Source: Auanema rhodensis | Taxonomy: Eukaryota; Animalia; Nematoda | Direction of reading: 5' to 3' | Assembly: GCA_964057225.1 (NCBI GenBank) | Contig: OZ059894.1 | Span: 14,322,001-14,386,000 of the forward strand | DNA: 64,000 nucleotides | Shown here: in pieces, positions 13,664 through 27,678 of the stretch | How positions within the stretch are numbered: the stretch's first letter is position 1 | Layout of the letters: the number at the start of each line of letters is the position of its first letter | Notes under the pieces: generated by a model | What the model was told of the DNA's origin: nothing | What the model saw: the letters and a program-made list of their open reading frames with translations, nothing else | The model's database searches: none | Made by a program: the position numbers and the translations under genes

Positions 13664-16600
13664 ATCTCTCTTCGTCAAATGTTCTTTTACTCTTTCTCTC
13701 TACGTATAACTATAACTGTCTTCATCAAATGTTTGTCTTGATATTTTCTATGTGAAGATATTAAGAATAGCTGTGATAGCTATAGAATAAGGAAAAACAA
13801 TAGCTGACACATACAACCTTCTCGATGTTTCGTATGAGTTGATACATCTAATTGGTCAGAAATTGTCATAAGACAATCGGCATCTTTAAAGATAAATGTC
13901 TCTCAAATTTAACTTAAATTATATCAAAAATATATTTTAAATCTTTTTTAATTTTAATTTTATTATGTTTCTAAAAAAATATATTAATTTGATCATTGTT
14001 CTTGACATTGATGAGCTCTACTGATTGAATGATGCAAAAATCATCCAACAAATTGGTCAAAGAGATAGTAGGAATTGTTGTGACGAAGCTGTTGGTTGGA
14101 ATTGACATGCCCATAGATCAGCCTGTTTTCTTCTGGGCCTATATGTTTATGTTCATACTTACATACATCTATGACTTTGATAAATTTACATGAAATTATT
14201 ATTTAAAGTAAAAAAAAAAGAAAAAAATATATTAGAAAGAAACAAAAAAAAGAAAAAAGCAGGAGAAAAACAAAAAAACAACATTCTAAGATGAGATAGA
14301 ACAGCTTAACAAACTATGAAAAAGGATTAAACATTAATCAGTTGATAAATAAGTTTGATATTCGAAAATGTTGAAAAGTTCATAATGATTATAGAATGTG
14401 TATGATTTCTGTGTTATTATGAATAACTTGAATAATAACCTAGAGAATTAAAGAGAAGAATTAAGGAAAAGAAGGATAAAGGATGGAGGAGGTGGATGAA
14501 GGTGGAGTAAGAAGCGTAGGACGAAGTTAAGACGATTCTCGATGCAACCTGCTAAATGAAGGAACTAAACAGTTGAGACTGAAGAAGAAAAAAAGGGAAA
14601 AAAAGCAAAACTGTGAAAACTAAACGACCGTTCATCATCTGGACATGGTTGAAAATGACAAAGAAGTTACTGTTTCACGTCGAAATCTATACGTGAAATG
14701 ATGTTGATGAAGTTGAATCGCTTCATCTTCTCATTCAGTTCATTTAGTAGAAGTTAGAAATTAAGATTCAGGTGACATTCAAGCAGTGCTATCATACCTA
14801 TCGTCAGATAAAATTATAGGTGAAGTAAGATGACATATAGTTGCTTTCTTAACAACTGAAGCTGCGAAACTGGAGATAAAGAGATCGATTGTGGATTTGT
14901 GATTTGCTACATCGTCATCACCAAAAACGATGAACTGGTTGATGTGTGTGACGAAGACATCATCAGCAACGATAACGACGACGACAAGGAAGATATACAT
15001 GTATGCATGTGTGTCTGTGTGTTAGAACAAAGCTTCATCTTTCATTTACTTTTTAGTTCGAACATTACAAGAAAGAATAAAGAATATGATGAAAAAAGGC
15101 GATGAAAAAGAAGAGGATTAAAAGGAAATAAGCTAGGATATAGACTAAAACGACCGGAGGGGGTGTTGAAGCTATAAGCACAAGCCTCATTTACCATTCG
15201 TGAGAGAGATAGAAAAGGGGAGAAGATTGAACATACTAGCATAACAACAGAAACAAGAAACAAGAAAAGATTCTCGGTTAGATACTACTTGATCTTCTAT
15301 GATTCTCTCTTCTTTTACTGAATTAACTTCTGAAGCTTCTGTTTCTCTTCAGATAAGAATGTGTAAAGCCTGTTTCTTCAAATATGAAAACTAAACTACA
15401 TAACATTCAAGCTGAAAATAGAAGTTGAGATGACATATCTTATACTAAGTGGCTAGAAAGAGATCTTCGGCATTTTGAATTTGTTTAATAGAGATTCATG
15501 ATTTGAGATAAGCAGATTTGTTGAGGGAGACAAATGTGAAAATGAATCTAGAGAGGAAGAGGAAGAACAGAGAAATAAGAAAGCGTATGTAGACTTATAA
15601 GAGGGGGGAAAGAAGTATATGCTAGACAGATATCTCATCATGTTATCGAAAGTTCTAATCTGACGGTAGATACACAATTTGGCGAAGAATACAATAAAAT
15701 TTAAACAGTATGTTCTATGCGGTATACCTAGACCCAAATGAAAGAAGTTCTCATCGCCCTTCTGATGTGTTTCCTTTTTTTTTCACCGTTTTATCTAACG
15801 TTTCAAATGCAAGTGTACATCGTCTGAAGCAAACGCTGTTTTGCAGCTTGACAATCGTCAGGTTTGACGCCTCATGTCGTCTTCGTCATCACCCTCTCCG
15901 ACAGCGGAACCGGATTCCGTGAAGAAGCGAACGTGGTAGACAGCAGCGATTACATGACATGAAGAGTCTCTTGTCTGTGAAACGGTGGACAGTGATAGAA
16001 ACGGCAAAACCGATGGATAATGCTGGCAATCAAGCTGTTCCATAAACGACAAACATCAAACCTGTCACATATAGCCGAAGATATGTAAATCAACTGATAG
16101 ATAGGAATGTTGAAAACTTAATTGAGCTATAAGAGGAATTACCTTAAAGATTGTCATTCGTTGAATAGATGAGATGGTGCATGAATTTACAAGAAAGAAA
16201 AGATATTTGAAAGCAAAGTTTCAAATATAAAGAACAAAAAAATTAAAAAAAGAAAGATATAAACATTGAAATTCGAATTTTCACTGATGTTATCGTGTTA
16301 TATGGGCCAACAAAACCGTTAGATTGTTGTCAAAACTATTGACATATAGAATGATAACTCGTTTGAGAACTCATGCCGTATGATTGTTTATCCAAACTTT
16401 TTAGGCATATTTGACCAAGACATTTGAGGAAAAAAATAAAATTTTAAGAAGAAAAAAGAAAAACATAACATCTAAACGAATATATAAGGAAATAGATATA
16501 CAGACATACATATATGTCATCATATAAGTTTTAAAGAAAAGATGAAATTTATGAAAAACGAGGAAGAGATGAAAACTTTTTTTTTTTTTGCAAAACTGGA

Positions 16601-18838
16601 AGACATTTTGTAAGAAAACGTTATCAAAAGCTATCAGTCAAATGATAGTTATGTCTATATATTTACTAATATATAGAATAACCTATAATTTATTTTAAAA
16701 AACTAAATAATAAAAAGTTAAAAGAAAGTAAATGATTAATGTCCTTACATGATTAAAAATTAAAATAATAATTGTTACATAAATAGAAAATATTTTGAAC
16801 TTTGATAAATATAAAAATAAATATTGAAATAAAAGCAAATAAATGGGTTATTCGTAAAGGAAATATATCAATTGAATATTATTGACTCAAAAAAATTATT
16901 TTTAAAAAAAATATTTATTATATATTATAAGTTAAATATATATATATATACATATATGTATATGTATATCTCTAACTTATATATATATATTTTTATTTTT
17001 TAATCTATTAATTGATTATTAATGTCTTAAACATCTCAAAGTAAAGATTACTTCTCTCTCTTTCTCTCTCTCTCTTTCTAGACCTGAAAATAATATTAAA
17101 GAGCACGACGGTTACGGTGCTCGAATATGCTTGGTAGTTGACAGGAGTGCAAGTGTTTTTAAAGAAAATTTAAAATATTTGATAATAATATTGATATTTC
17201 AGATGAATTGTATAAGGTTCACATATTGAATAGTTTTAAAATGAAATTGGGTTGAGGTAGTCTACTGGACATGCATGATAGAGGTAACACATCATCATCA
17301 TCATCGTACATGTACTCCATCTTAGGTGTCATGTCATGTGTTTACAATAGACAGTCATCATACATGAAAGAGGAATTTCTATTGATTCAAAGCTTTTTTT
17401 CAGTTTTCCTGATTAGAGCTTCTTCTCTTTTTCTGTGTTTTAACATCAATAATCATAAATGCAAGTTAGTTTTGAGAGAAAAGAAAAAAGAAAAAGAGAG
17501 AGAGAGAGAGAAAGATCAGTTGATGAATATCTAAAATGATGTCATTTCAATAACTTAAAGGTTAAAAAAAATAGAAATCGAGAATAACAAATCTATTAAT
17601 GGATTTAAATAAAAAATATTTATAATTTTCTAATATAATTATGATTAAAATATATTTATATATATATTTATATTTATATATATAATCATCTATCCATATG
17701 ATGTTAAAGACATTTGGTCAGCCAGAAATGGCGACGTTTAGACGCATAAATTTCTTTTTTTTTTTTGTTCGGTGATTAGCATCGTATGAATAGTTAAAAA
17801 AAGAAATAAAAATTAATGCGGTTGAAGAAGAATGATGAAGAAGATGAAGAAGAAGAAAAAGAAGAAATATTGAAAAAATTCTGTGAATAAATCAAGAAAG
17901 AAAACTTTCTTTTAAACGAAATATTTCTACAAATCTATTAAAAGAAAGTAGGGATTTCATGAAATAGTTTTAAGAAAATAATAAGATGGAACAGTCTTTT
18001 TCCGGATCATTACATCGAAATAAAATTTTCTTGACGATTAGGATAATCATACTGAACTAGATCTAACACCGGATCTAGTGATTAAAATGAAATAATAGTA
18101 AAGTATGTGAGAATCTGAAGACATTTTTTACTTTTATGATCTTTTCTATAAACTATATATATATATATATAGTTAGTTAGTTATGATATATAGATTTATA
18201 ATATATAATATAACTATATTAGAAAAAACTTTATTTGAATATAAAATGAGAAATTGGAAATTTTATAAGAATTTAAAGATATTATTGAGGAATTTTCTTT
18301 TATAAATAATCAAAAATTCATTAAAAGATTACTAATTTCAAGGAGGCGTTCTAAGAGAAAAGAACGAAATGAAATCAATAGATAACTAGGATTCTGAAGA
18401 CACAGTTAAATACAGAAATGAAAGGACTTTACATGAGATAGAAGAATTAGATCTCATGTCCAGATAACTGTCCATCCCAACATTCAGCCAACCATTTTCA
18501 CTTCAATCGTCTATCTCCTATGCATCTCTTCTTCTTCATCTTTTTCAATCTTTTCTCTCATTTTCTCTTTCACTTTACATATGTATCTTATCTCTCTCAT
18601 TATCTCTCTTTTTCTCTTTTTCTTTTCAATTCTCTTCAATCATGTAGTCTTTTCAAACTTATTCAATCTTGCGCCTGCTATATATGGAACTCGAGAATCG
18701 TCAATTCATAACAATTGAAAATTTAAATGATGAAATTAATATATTAGGCAATTTGAAAATTAACAATTTTTTTGGGATAAACGTTTTTATTATTATTATT
18801 ATATTTAAATTATAAATAATTAATTAAATACTTATATA

Positions 18839-19512
18839 TTATCCTATAATTACTTCTTCATCTGTATTAAAACACACAAATTTCTCAAGCTTAGCTGATG
18901 CTTCTTCATGTCCAACAACAAACAATACCCATTCCATATTATCATTACAGATTAGATATACTGTATCCAAATCAAATAACTGAAATATTTGAATTTTCGA
19001 AACAAAACTTCAGATTGTTGTAACGAACGGTTGGATCCCACTCAGCCGCTGCCCAATTTTCACCTTCAAACAACATTCCGATGTAGTCGTAGCCATCACA
19101 GTCCGGAATAGTCTTCAGGATAATGAGTTAAAGAAGTTTTTGATTCAATATTCACTAATATAAAGAAGAGGAATAGAAGCTTACTCTTAGACATGGTCCA
19201 TCTGATTCCACAGGCTTAATCGAGACATCTACTGGCTTTAGCTCACATTGGGTAATTCCTGGAGGACATTCAATAGCAACAAGATCAAATGGATCACATG
19301 TTACACAAACTGCAAAAATCATTATTGAAAGATTAAAAAATATAAATTGTAAGAATTCTACCGTCTTCTTTAGGTGTTGTAGTCTCAACAGGATCCTGAA
19401 AAAAATGAAAATAATTAGCAAAATTGGGTTGGCTATATGGAGGTACCTGAGATTTAAGACAAGCCAAAGATAAGTTGAATGAAATAAGAATAAGAATTAG
19501 TCTTGGAATCAT
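18839..19512 (-). CDS. Small secreted cysteine-rich protein, nematode C6-domain-like
   Basis: Five exons giving a signal peptide MIPRLILILISFNLSLAC, then LKSQDPVETTTPKEDVCVTCDPFDLVAIECPPGITQCELKPVDVSIKPVESDGPCLRTIPDCDGYDYIGMLFEGENWAAAEWDPTLFDLDTVYLICNDNMEWVLFVVGHEEASAKLEKFVCFNTDEEVIIG*. The CxxC...C...C...LxCNxxxxW...VxC spacing is typical of the C6 domain. Confidence 0.75.
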
Positions 19513-19978
19513 TGTTTGAAATGATTTTCTTCATAATTTTCCTTTTATATATTAAACATTTTCTCATTTTCATTACATTTTATGATTCACTTCAATCACA
19601 TTCAATACTTTTTCTTTATTATCTTAATTATTCTTTTTATATTTCTTTAAACAACATTACATTCACATAATTGGAAAATCATATATGTATATAGAGATAG
19701 ATAGATAGATAGAGATATGTGACAGTTTGATATTAAAATCTTTAATTTAACTTTTAATTTATATTCTTTTATATTAACTATATGTATATATACATACATG
19801 TACATACATATATGGATATAGATAGATAGATCATAAAACTTTTTTAGAAATACAATATTCTGGTATTAGAAGAAAGTATCTATTAAGGATATGTATGTAT
19901 TATATAGATATCATGTCTACAAGATACATACATAACTATGATTTTAACCTCTTTTTCTTATAAATTCCAGTTATTCTA

Positions 19979-20014
<36 letters not shown>

Positions 20015-20856
20015 TTTTCTCTCTCTGTCCTTTTTTCTTTCTCAATTACTTCAACAGTTGTTCATAGTTCATCCATGATTTGTTATCCAAAGAGAAGTGA
20101 CGAACGATTTGCTTGTACTGCTTAGAAGAATAAACAATCAGATTGTGAAGTGAAGTAGAATACAATGAGGAAAAGCTTATAACTGACCATGTAACTTAAC
20201 AAATAATTGGCACACCCTATGTTTCAACAGTATTATTATCAAATTCAAACTATTTGTTTCAATTTTTTTTTCAAAATTTCAACTTATACTTGCTCAAGCC
20301 GACACAAAATCATAAGTTCGAAATCGATACTTATATGTAGCTTATCGGCTATTTTTCGATTATCAGGTTTTCAGCATAGTTCTCGAGGGTTCATGGGATT
20401 CTATTGTAGTTGTCTGTATAATTTTCAAAATATTATAATTATTAATAAATAAAATATAATAATATTTACTATTTATTTATATATTGAAAATAAAAAAAAA
20501 AGATTAATATAATTAATGCACACGAGGTTTTTCACGAGTAAGTATATATTCATCATCATCTTATTATTTTAAAATAATTTTAAAAATAAGAAAGAAAATA
20601 AAGATACAGAGATGGATAAAAAATAAAAAAATATAAATTTTAAAATTAAAAAGAAGATATTAAGAGAATATTATAAGAAATTACTTTTCTTATGAATACA
20701 TAGATCATATACATCTACATGGTATGTAATATTTCAATTATTTAAAAAGATAATTTACTTATGTAATACATGTTATAATGGCAATGTTTTATATAAAAAA
20801 AAGAAAAGAAAATGAAAATTATTATAAGAAAATGAATTTATTTCTCATTTAATTGA

Positions 20857-21699
20857 TTAAAGCATTTTAATTTGTTCAATCAGTTCATCTAAGAATACTG
20901 TAATTTTATCCATTGATGCTGGACAATATTGTCTTTGTAATTGTTCCTAAAAAATATTTTTAAGTTTTTATAATTTTATAATAAAACTTACAAACATAAA
21001 TTTTCTTTTATCATGAACTGATGGCATATCCAATAGTGTATCCAAATCAACTTCAACTCCCTAAAGCATAAGTTGATGTAGGAAATAACTTCAACTTTCA
21101 AACATACATTATCATCTTTGCCATTAAAAAGCTTTGTAACTTGTTCTTCAATCCAATTTTCAGTCTGAATTTATAAAATTTTTGTATAAATAAAAGAATA
21201 AATAATAATAATATTTTAATATATCAAAGATATTTGGATAATCACTACTTTTCAAAGATTCAACCCTGTTTCAATCTTGTTTGATACCTATGAATCTGAA
21301 AGCTTAAAGCTTGGTAAAGGTCAATATATCAAAAAACATTTTATTTTTACCTTCAAATATCTTTGATACATACATATATGTATATGTATTTAATGAATAA
21401 ACTTGATACCTGCATTCGTTTTCGAATAATCATCATCTGTTGTTTACCATATTTCATAGTTAGAACACGATTTCTTTCAATCTTAAATAAACTTGTATAT
21501 ATATATATATATATTAGAATAAATATTATTTTGTTTAAAAGATTAAAAAACAATTTTTGATTCAAATTCAAAAGTTCAAAAAAAGTGTTTTTGAATATGC
21601 TCGACCTTGTGTGAAATGAAAGCTTACCCTGCGAGTATTAGCATCAGAAGCAAAACGAGGATGCTTCACCTCTTCAGAAACATTAGAACTTTTCAACAT
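20857..21699 (-). CDS. PKC-potentiated protein phosphatase 1 inhibitor (CPI-17/PHI-1/PPP1R14 family)
   Basis: Exons 21699-21628, 21481-21410, 21164-21108, 21060-20992, 20946-20857, all joined in phase 0. Protein contains RNRVLTMKYGKQQMMIIRKRMQTENWIEEQVTKLF...GVEVDLDTLLDM...FLDELIEQIKML*, matching the family pattern T.KY....RKR...E.WI.EQ...L...E.D.D.LLD. TTTCAG acceptor 5 nt before the ATG. Confidence 0.88.
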
Positions 21700-24600
21700 T
21701 TTTCCTGAAATAATATATTGTTATTAACAAAAAAAAACGAAATATATTGAAATATTATAAAGAAAAAATGGATTTATAAGTTTGAAGTGAGAGAAAAAAG
21801 TTTTTTTGTAAATTGTAGATAGGCTAGAATTAAAAACAAAATATAAAAATCATATATATAAATAATAATTAAAAGAAAAAAAATATAATTAGTTAATTAT
21901 AAGTTATATATAAATATATAAATATAAATAAGGTAAATGAAAATCAAATAATTTGATAAAAAAAAGCAAAAAAAAAACAAAATGTATGTACATATATGAG
22001 TATATACATACATGTACATGTACATGCTACATATAAAATGAATAATATATAAGACAAATTAAAGAAAACTATTTTTAAATTATTTTTTGAAACAAAAGAT
22101 ATAACGAAAGCAAGACTATTGAAAGGGAGAGAGTTGTTGTAAAAAATAGAGAGAGCATGAGAAAACGAAGGAAGAGAGAGAGAGAGGGAGGGAGAAAGAG
22201 ACGGAGGGAGAGAGGGAAGGAGATATGGAATACAAGATGTAAAGTTTAACGATGACAATATTTTGTTTTTTTGGAAACATATATAGAAATTCAGAAGACA
22301 TAATCTTCGGACATTGGTGAGCAAAGAAATTGTTGAGCTTGGCAATGACGATATGATCATGCTCTTGTGATACAACTTATGGGAGATTCAACCACGTGAA
22401 CATGTACAATTATATATAATTCATATTCAAAATTGAGGTGAGAATATAATAAATATTGTATTTTATTTTATTTTATATGAAAAATAAACTTTTACATAAT
22501 CAAATAGCTTTAAAAAAAATAATTAAATCAGAGTACTGCTTAACTATAGTGATGAAATGGTAAAATTCTGCCGTGTGAATTGGCGTGAGAGCACAGAAGT
22601 TCGAACATGGATGAATATGATGGTATTGGGGGAGGCATGATGCGATAGGCGGAGAATGATGATGCGAGAGATTGAGTGAAGAAGAAACACAAGTCAACAG
22701 ATATTCTTGTCTTTTTTTGTTGAAAATCAGGGAGGGAGATAGAAATATGAAGCAAAAGAATCTTGTCAGACGGTGGGTGGATAGGGTGGCGCCAAATCCT
22801 CTCAAGATGATGAAGCTGAGAGCAGAGACATACTGGCAACTACGTCGCACAACATTCAAACTATCTGTGTCAAAAAGTAAAAAAATGAAGTTGAAAGTCA
22901 AATGGAGCTAACAACGGAAATTGAATAAAAACGAAAATGATTTATGGACCTCTAATCTGAAGACAAGAGGAATATCAAGTATATTGAGCTCTGCCTGAGA
23001 CTAAGGAATTTGAGAAGACCATTGAGAAATTGAAATAATTTTGAAACTTTGCACGAAAACTTGAAGACATAGGCTTAACATTTCGATGCCGATGAAGAGT
23101 TAACCTATTGTATGACCAGAAGAATGGAAGAAAAGAACAATAATCTAAGATGAATAGAAATTTTAGACGGCGTGTTGGACAGGTCATACTAGCCGACAGG
23201 TTGTCTTAGACCACACTGAGAAATACTAAGAAGAACTGAAATGAGACAAAAAGACAGATGCTGACCATAATCTAGGTTTTGAAGAATCAGGAAGACAATT
23301 ATTTGAAGAAAATACTGAAGAAGGGGGTCCATGAGTTCAAGACTACAATGATGACGATTTTGACTATGATGATGAAGAGACGGCTATAGAGAGTAGAAAA
23401 TGAATTGTTGATGACGATGCATATGTGCAGTATGTAGCTGAATGTTCTAGTGGAAACAAACTGAAAACGAGACCAGATATATACATCTATACTATGTATG
23501 TTTCAACTTCTAATATATATAAATATATTTGAGAAGAAACTTTGTTGCTTTGTCAACTGACAAGATTCATTATTTTCCCAAAAAAAATTATTTCTTTTAA
23601 TGTTCACGTGAAGAGTGGTTGTTCTTTATTTCGTTTGTTTCCGATCATTTTCATCCAGCTGTTACCCTCTCTCTCTCTTCTGACACTTTATCGTTTTGTT
23701 CATTTCAAATCCATTTATGTTTGCAAAAAAAAAGTTGTAAACCTTGAACTTGATGAAAACTAAAATCTTAGATACAATATAGTTATATAGAAAATACATA
23801 CTTATATAGAGAAATATTATTATAATTCACATAATATGGTAGATATTAATAGCGAACACAATACAATTTTTAATTTTGTATTAAGAAAAATATTCTGGTA
23901 TATGAGTGAAGAATTAAAGAGGAATCAAAATTTGAGCTTACTTGCATGATGACATAGATCAAACGAAGCTTGTTGGACTGAGCAAGGGTCAACTATGAAA
24001 CATAGACAAAGCCTAAGGGGAATTGAGAATCAATTATCTTTTTTCTTTACATCATAAAACTTTTTAAGTTCCTTCTTCTTTCAAGATTCCGCTTAACGGC
24101 GTTTTAGAAAAAAAATTTGGGTTTTGATATGATTTTTAACCAAAAAGGAGACGACGAAGCCGAAAAAATTGAATGCAGTTCTTTATCAACGAAAGGATTA
24201 TAAAATTGAAAAGTTTGTATAACTTTTGATGACGTAACAAGAAAAAAAATGAAAAGAATACAGATTGATTTGCAACTTGTTTTGAGAATGAAAAAGCAAA
24301 CATGAAAATCAACAAACATTTCTGAAGCAGATAAAGAAGAAGAAGAAGAAGAATTTCGATATCTTATTTAGAAATTGCCACTTCAATTTAATGTGAAACT
24401 CTTCAAAGATGAAAAAAAAAAGAAAATAAAAACTGTTTCCAAATTTTAAAAATTGAGGTGTGTGAATAGGCATTATAAATCGGATGTTCCAAGTTTTTCC
24501 AAAATTTTTGTGCGAATTTTCAGGGGAAAAATTAAAATTTGAAATGAAAAACAAATAGCTACATGGCAAATGAAGACATAAAAATTACCCACATTAAAAG

Positions 24601-25428
24601 GACTATAATGAAGAATAAAATGAATAAAAAGTTGTTTAACAAAGCGCTTGATGAAACATATGACAAAAATTTTGATGAAAAGACATTGCTAAGAAGAGAC
24701 AAGAGAATGAAAAAGATTTTTGAAATATAAAAAAGGATGAAATTATAACAGAAAAGTAAAGAGGGTAAAGTTGTTATTGTTGTCAAAAGTTTTTTTTTGG
24801 TATATTAACTGGTTCAAATTCCAAAAAAAGTGACAAAAACATAGAGATTGTTAAAAAAAAAAGAAGAATGATTATATAAATGTATTTATATATAGTATAC
24901 TATATTGTACATATAATATATACAATGTACTTTAATATTCAAAGAAAGAAATATTAATTATGTAATTCATGTGAATTTATAGAAATAATAAGTTGAAAAA
25001 CTTTTAAAATATTTTTATTCATTTAATGATAATTAGAAAATGTTCATATTCTGATAAAATAGGATGAAATGTATGTAACTTTTATGTAAAATATATTATC
25101 ACATGATGATAATGATGATAAACTTTGATTTTAATAGTGAAATTCAACATTTTGCATCATAATTCTCATGGTATATGAGGTAGATTGAATTAAAATAGTT
25201 TTTATACAGATAATAAACTGGTATTGTTCTTTGATGTTGGTAAAAGGTTGTGTTGATTGCTGGATTTTTTCATCTTTTAAAAGTTTTTTTTACCATTTTC
25301 AATTGTTTTATAAATCTGAACGGTTTAACGATTAGAGTATATGAAGTGAGTATTCTTCCACTTATTCGCTTGAGTACTATGATTTGAATTGGATTTAAAG
25401 CCTAGCAATACTACACTCATCACAGTGT

Positions 25429-25462
<34 letters not shown>

Positions 25463-27646
25463 AAGAGAGAGAGAGAGGGAGAGAGCAATGCTTCTTTTGA
25501 TTTTAGAAATCAAATAAGATTGTATATGATAAGAAAATTGAAAATGGTAGTTTTTTTGAGAAAATATACAAGAATATATGTATGTATCGAGAATAATATA
25601 CATATATATTGAAAATAAAGTTAAAAAAAAGAGTTATAATGACTTGTTTTCATAAGAAAAAAAATAGATTTAATCATTATTTTATTTTGATAACAGCATA
25701 TTTCCAAAAAATAAACTAGTTTGATTACAATAGTAAGAAAATAATTTTAAGTTATAAACAAAGATAAATTGAGGACAAAATGTTGTAAAAAACTAGATTT
25801 CTTTATGTTGTTATCAGTTAAGTTGAGTAGAAAAGTGAATAGAGTGTGGACAAGTTATGAGTTTATAGGCTAAAGCTTTGTCTAATTTGCCTCATTTCAG
25901 AAAAAGTTTTAAGAAAAATGAAGAGAAAAAGCAAGTTTCATAGATTATGAACTTTTATGTTATCAGCTTTATGATATACTAGAGGGTATGAGGAGTTCAA
26001 GTATTATTTGAATAGTCATCTCAAAATGTAGAGTTCAGCAAAATTATGAAAATAAAAAATAAAAAACGATATGAAACTGAGAAAGTTCAAAACATATTCT
26101 ACAAAAAAAATAAGGATTTGAATAAGTTTCAAATGGTTGAAACTGAAATAAAAGAAAAATTTAATGAAAAATATGTTTGTTTCGAGCAGAGCAGCAAGTT
26201 CTGAGTAAGTACTATATAATCGACTAACAATTAATATATCATGTGATTATTTCTTATTAAATTATATAATATACTGTTTTTCAGTGAAAGAAGAGAGAAA
26301 ATAATATTGTTGGCATACAATGCCAGTAATTACTTCCCCTGAAACCATTTGGATAACTCAAAATGAAATAAAGGAATTGAAATTCAATGACAATTGTACA
26401 GAGTAGCCTTCGTTGGACTTCCTTGACAGTGTTCCCTTTGAATACCAATATATATATATTTATATTTTTAGAGAGAGAGAGAGAGAGAGATAGAGAGAGA
26501 GGGGGGAAGGGAAAGAGAGAGAAAGACTGAGGAATTTCGGAATTTTTAACAATTCTTTTAAAGTAACCCACATACTCCTTCGAGTAGAAGGATTTGTCTG
26601 GTTGCAAATCAAGTTATATGTTCATATATACGAACAATTCAAGAAATAATTTTAAAAAATGCGTGAAGAAATTATAAGATGATGTACTTTTCAATTTGGA
26701 AAAATTTCTGACAAAGTGATGACAATGGTACTGGTGACAGGAAGGATCAGCTGATGGCGACTATATCAGAATTCATGTTCAAGAGGAGCACTAACAAGAA
26801 TACTTCGTCCTTGCATCAGAATCTGAGAAGTATGGCTGATCGACTCAACAAACTCATATTGGGTACTCGATACAGATTCAAACTAGTTTTGAGTTTTCAA
26901 TAGGATACAGATGAAAAGCGACAGAGACATTAGGATGGATTTAAAGCGCCACAGGTGACAGAAGACGGTGTTTTTTAAAAAAACAAATTCAAATAATGAG
27001 GACACATCGTTTGAATGACATGTATACTATGAAAACTGAAAAAGGGGAAGACGAAAATGGCAATCTTTGCAAGAATTTGAAGTTGAAGCCACAAAGAGTT
27101 GTCACTGGTTGAAGAAAATGATTGTCATTCTTCCTGTGGAATCTCAACTAACTCTTTAAGTTGCTATAGAAGAAAACTTAGAATGTTTCAAAGTTTTAAA
27201 AAGACAATTGACAGAACAAAATGATATATATGTGTGTATGTTTATGAAGATAAATAAAAAGAGCAAAAAAGAAAGAATTTGAATAAAAATAGAGAGACAA
27301 AGGAAAAGAGAAGAGAAATGAGGGAGAGTAAGATTAAAGGGTTGAAAAGAAGGGAAAAGGAAATTGTTGTGTCAAGACAAATTGCCCCTTTTGGTCAACA
27401 AAAGCAAATAAAGAGAAGAAAATCCGGTGACGTCCTTGATGTTTGAGAGAACATTCTAAAAGAAAAAGAAACACAAATTGAACAGACATGATCGTTTCTG
27501 ATATGGAGAGACAGGTGGTTTAATCAGTCCTGTTCACACCTTCTCCAGTAAATATCTGCCTTTTGTGTAGAAAAAACTGTAGAATTCTTTAAAATAAGAA
27601 AGATAGATTGAAAGGAGAAAGAGAGAGATAAAGAGAGAGAGAGAGG

Positions 27647-27678
<32 letters not shown>

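Noticed and set aside
24490-24550. Short roughly 10-bp-phased An/Tn runs (PATC-like)
   Set aside because: Too short to distinguish from background in DNA this AT-rich without computation.
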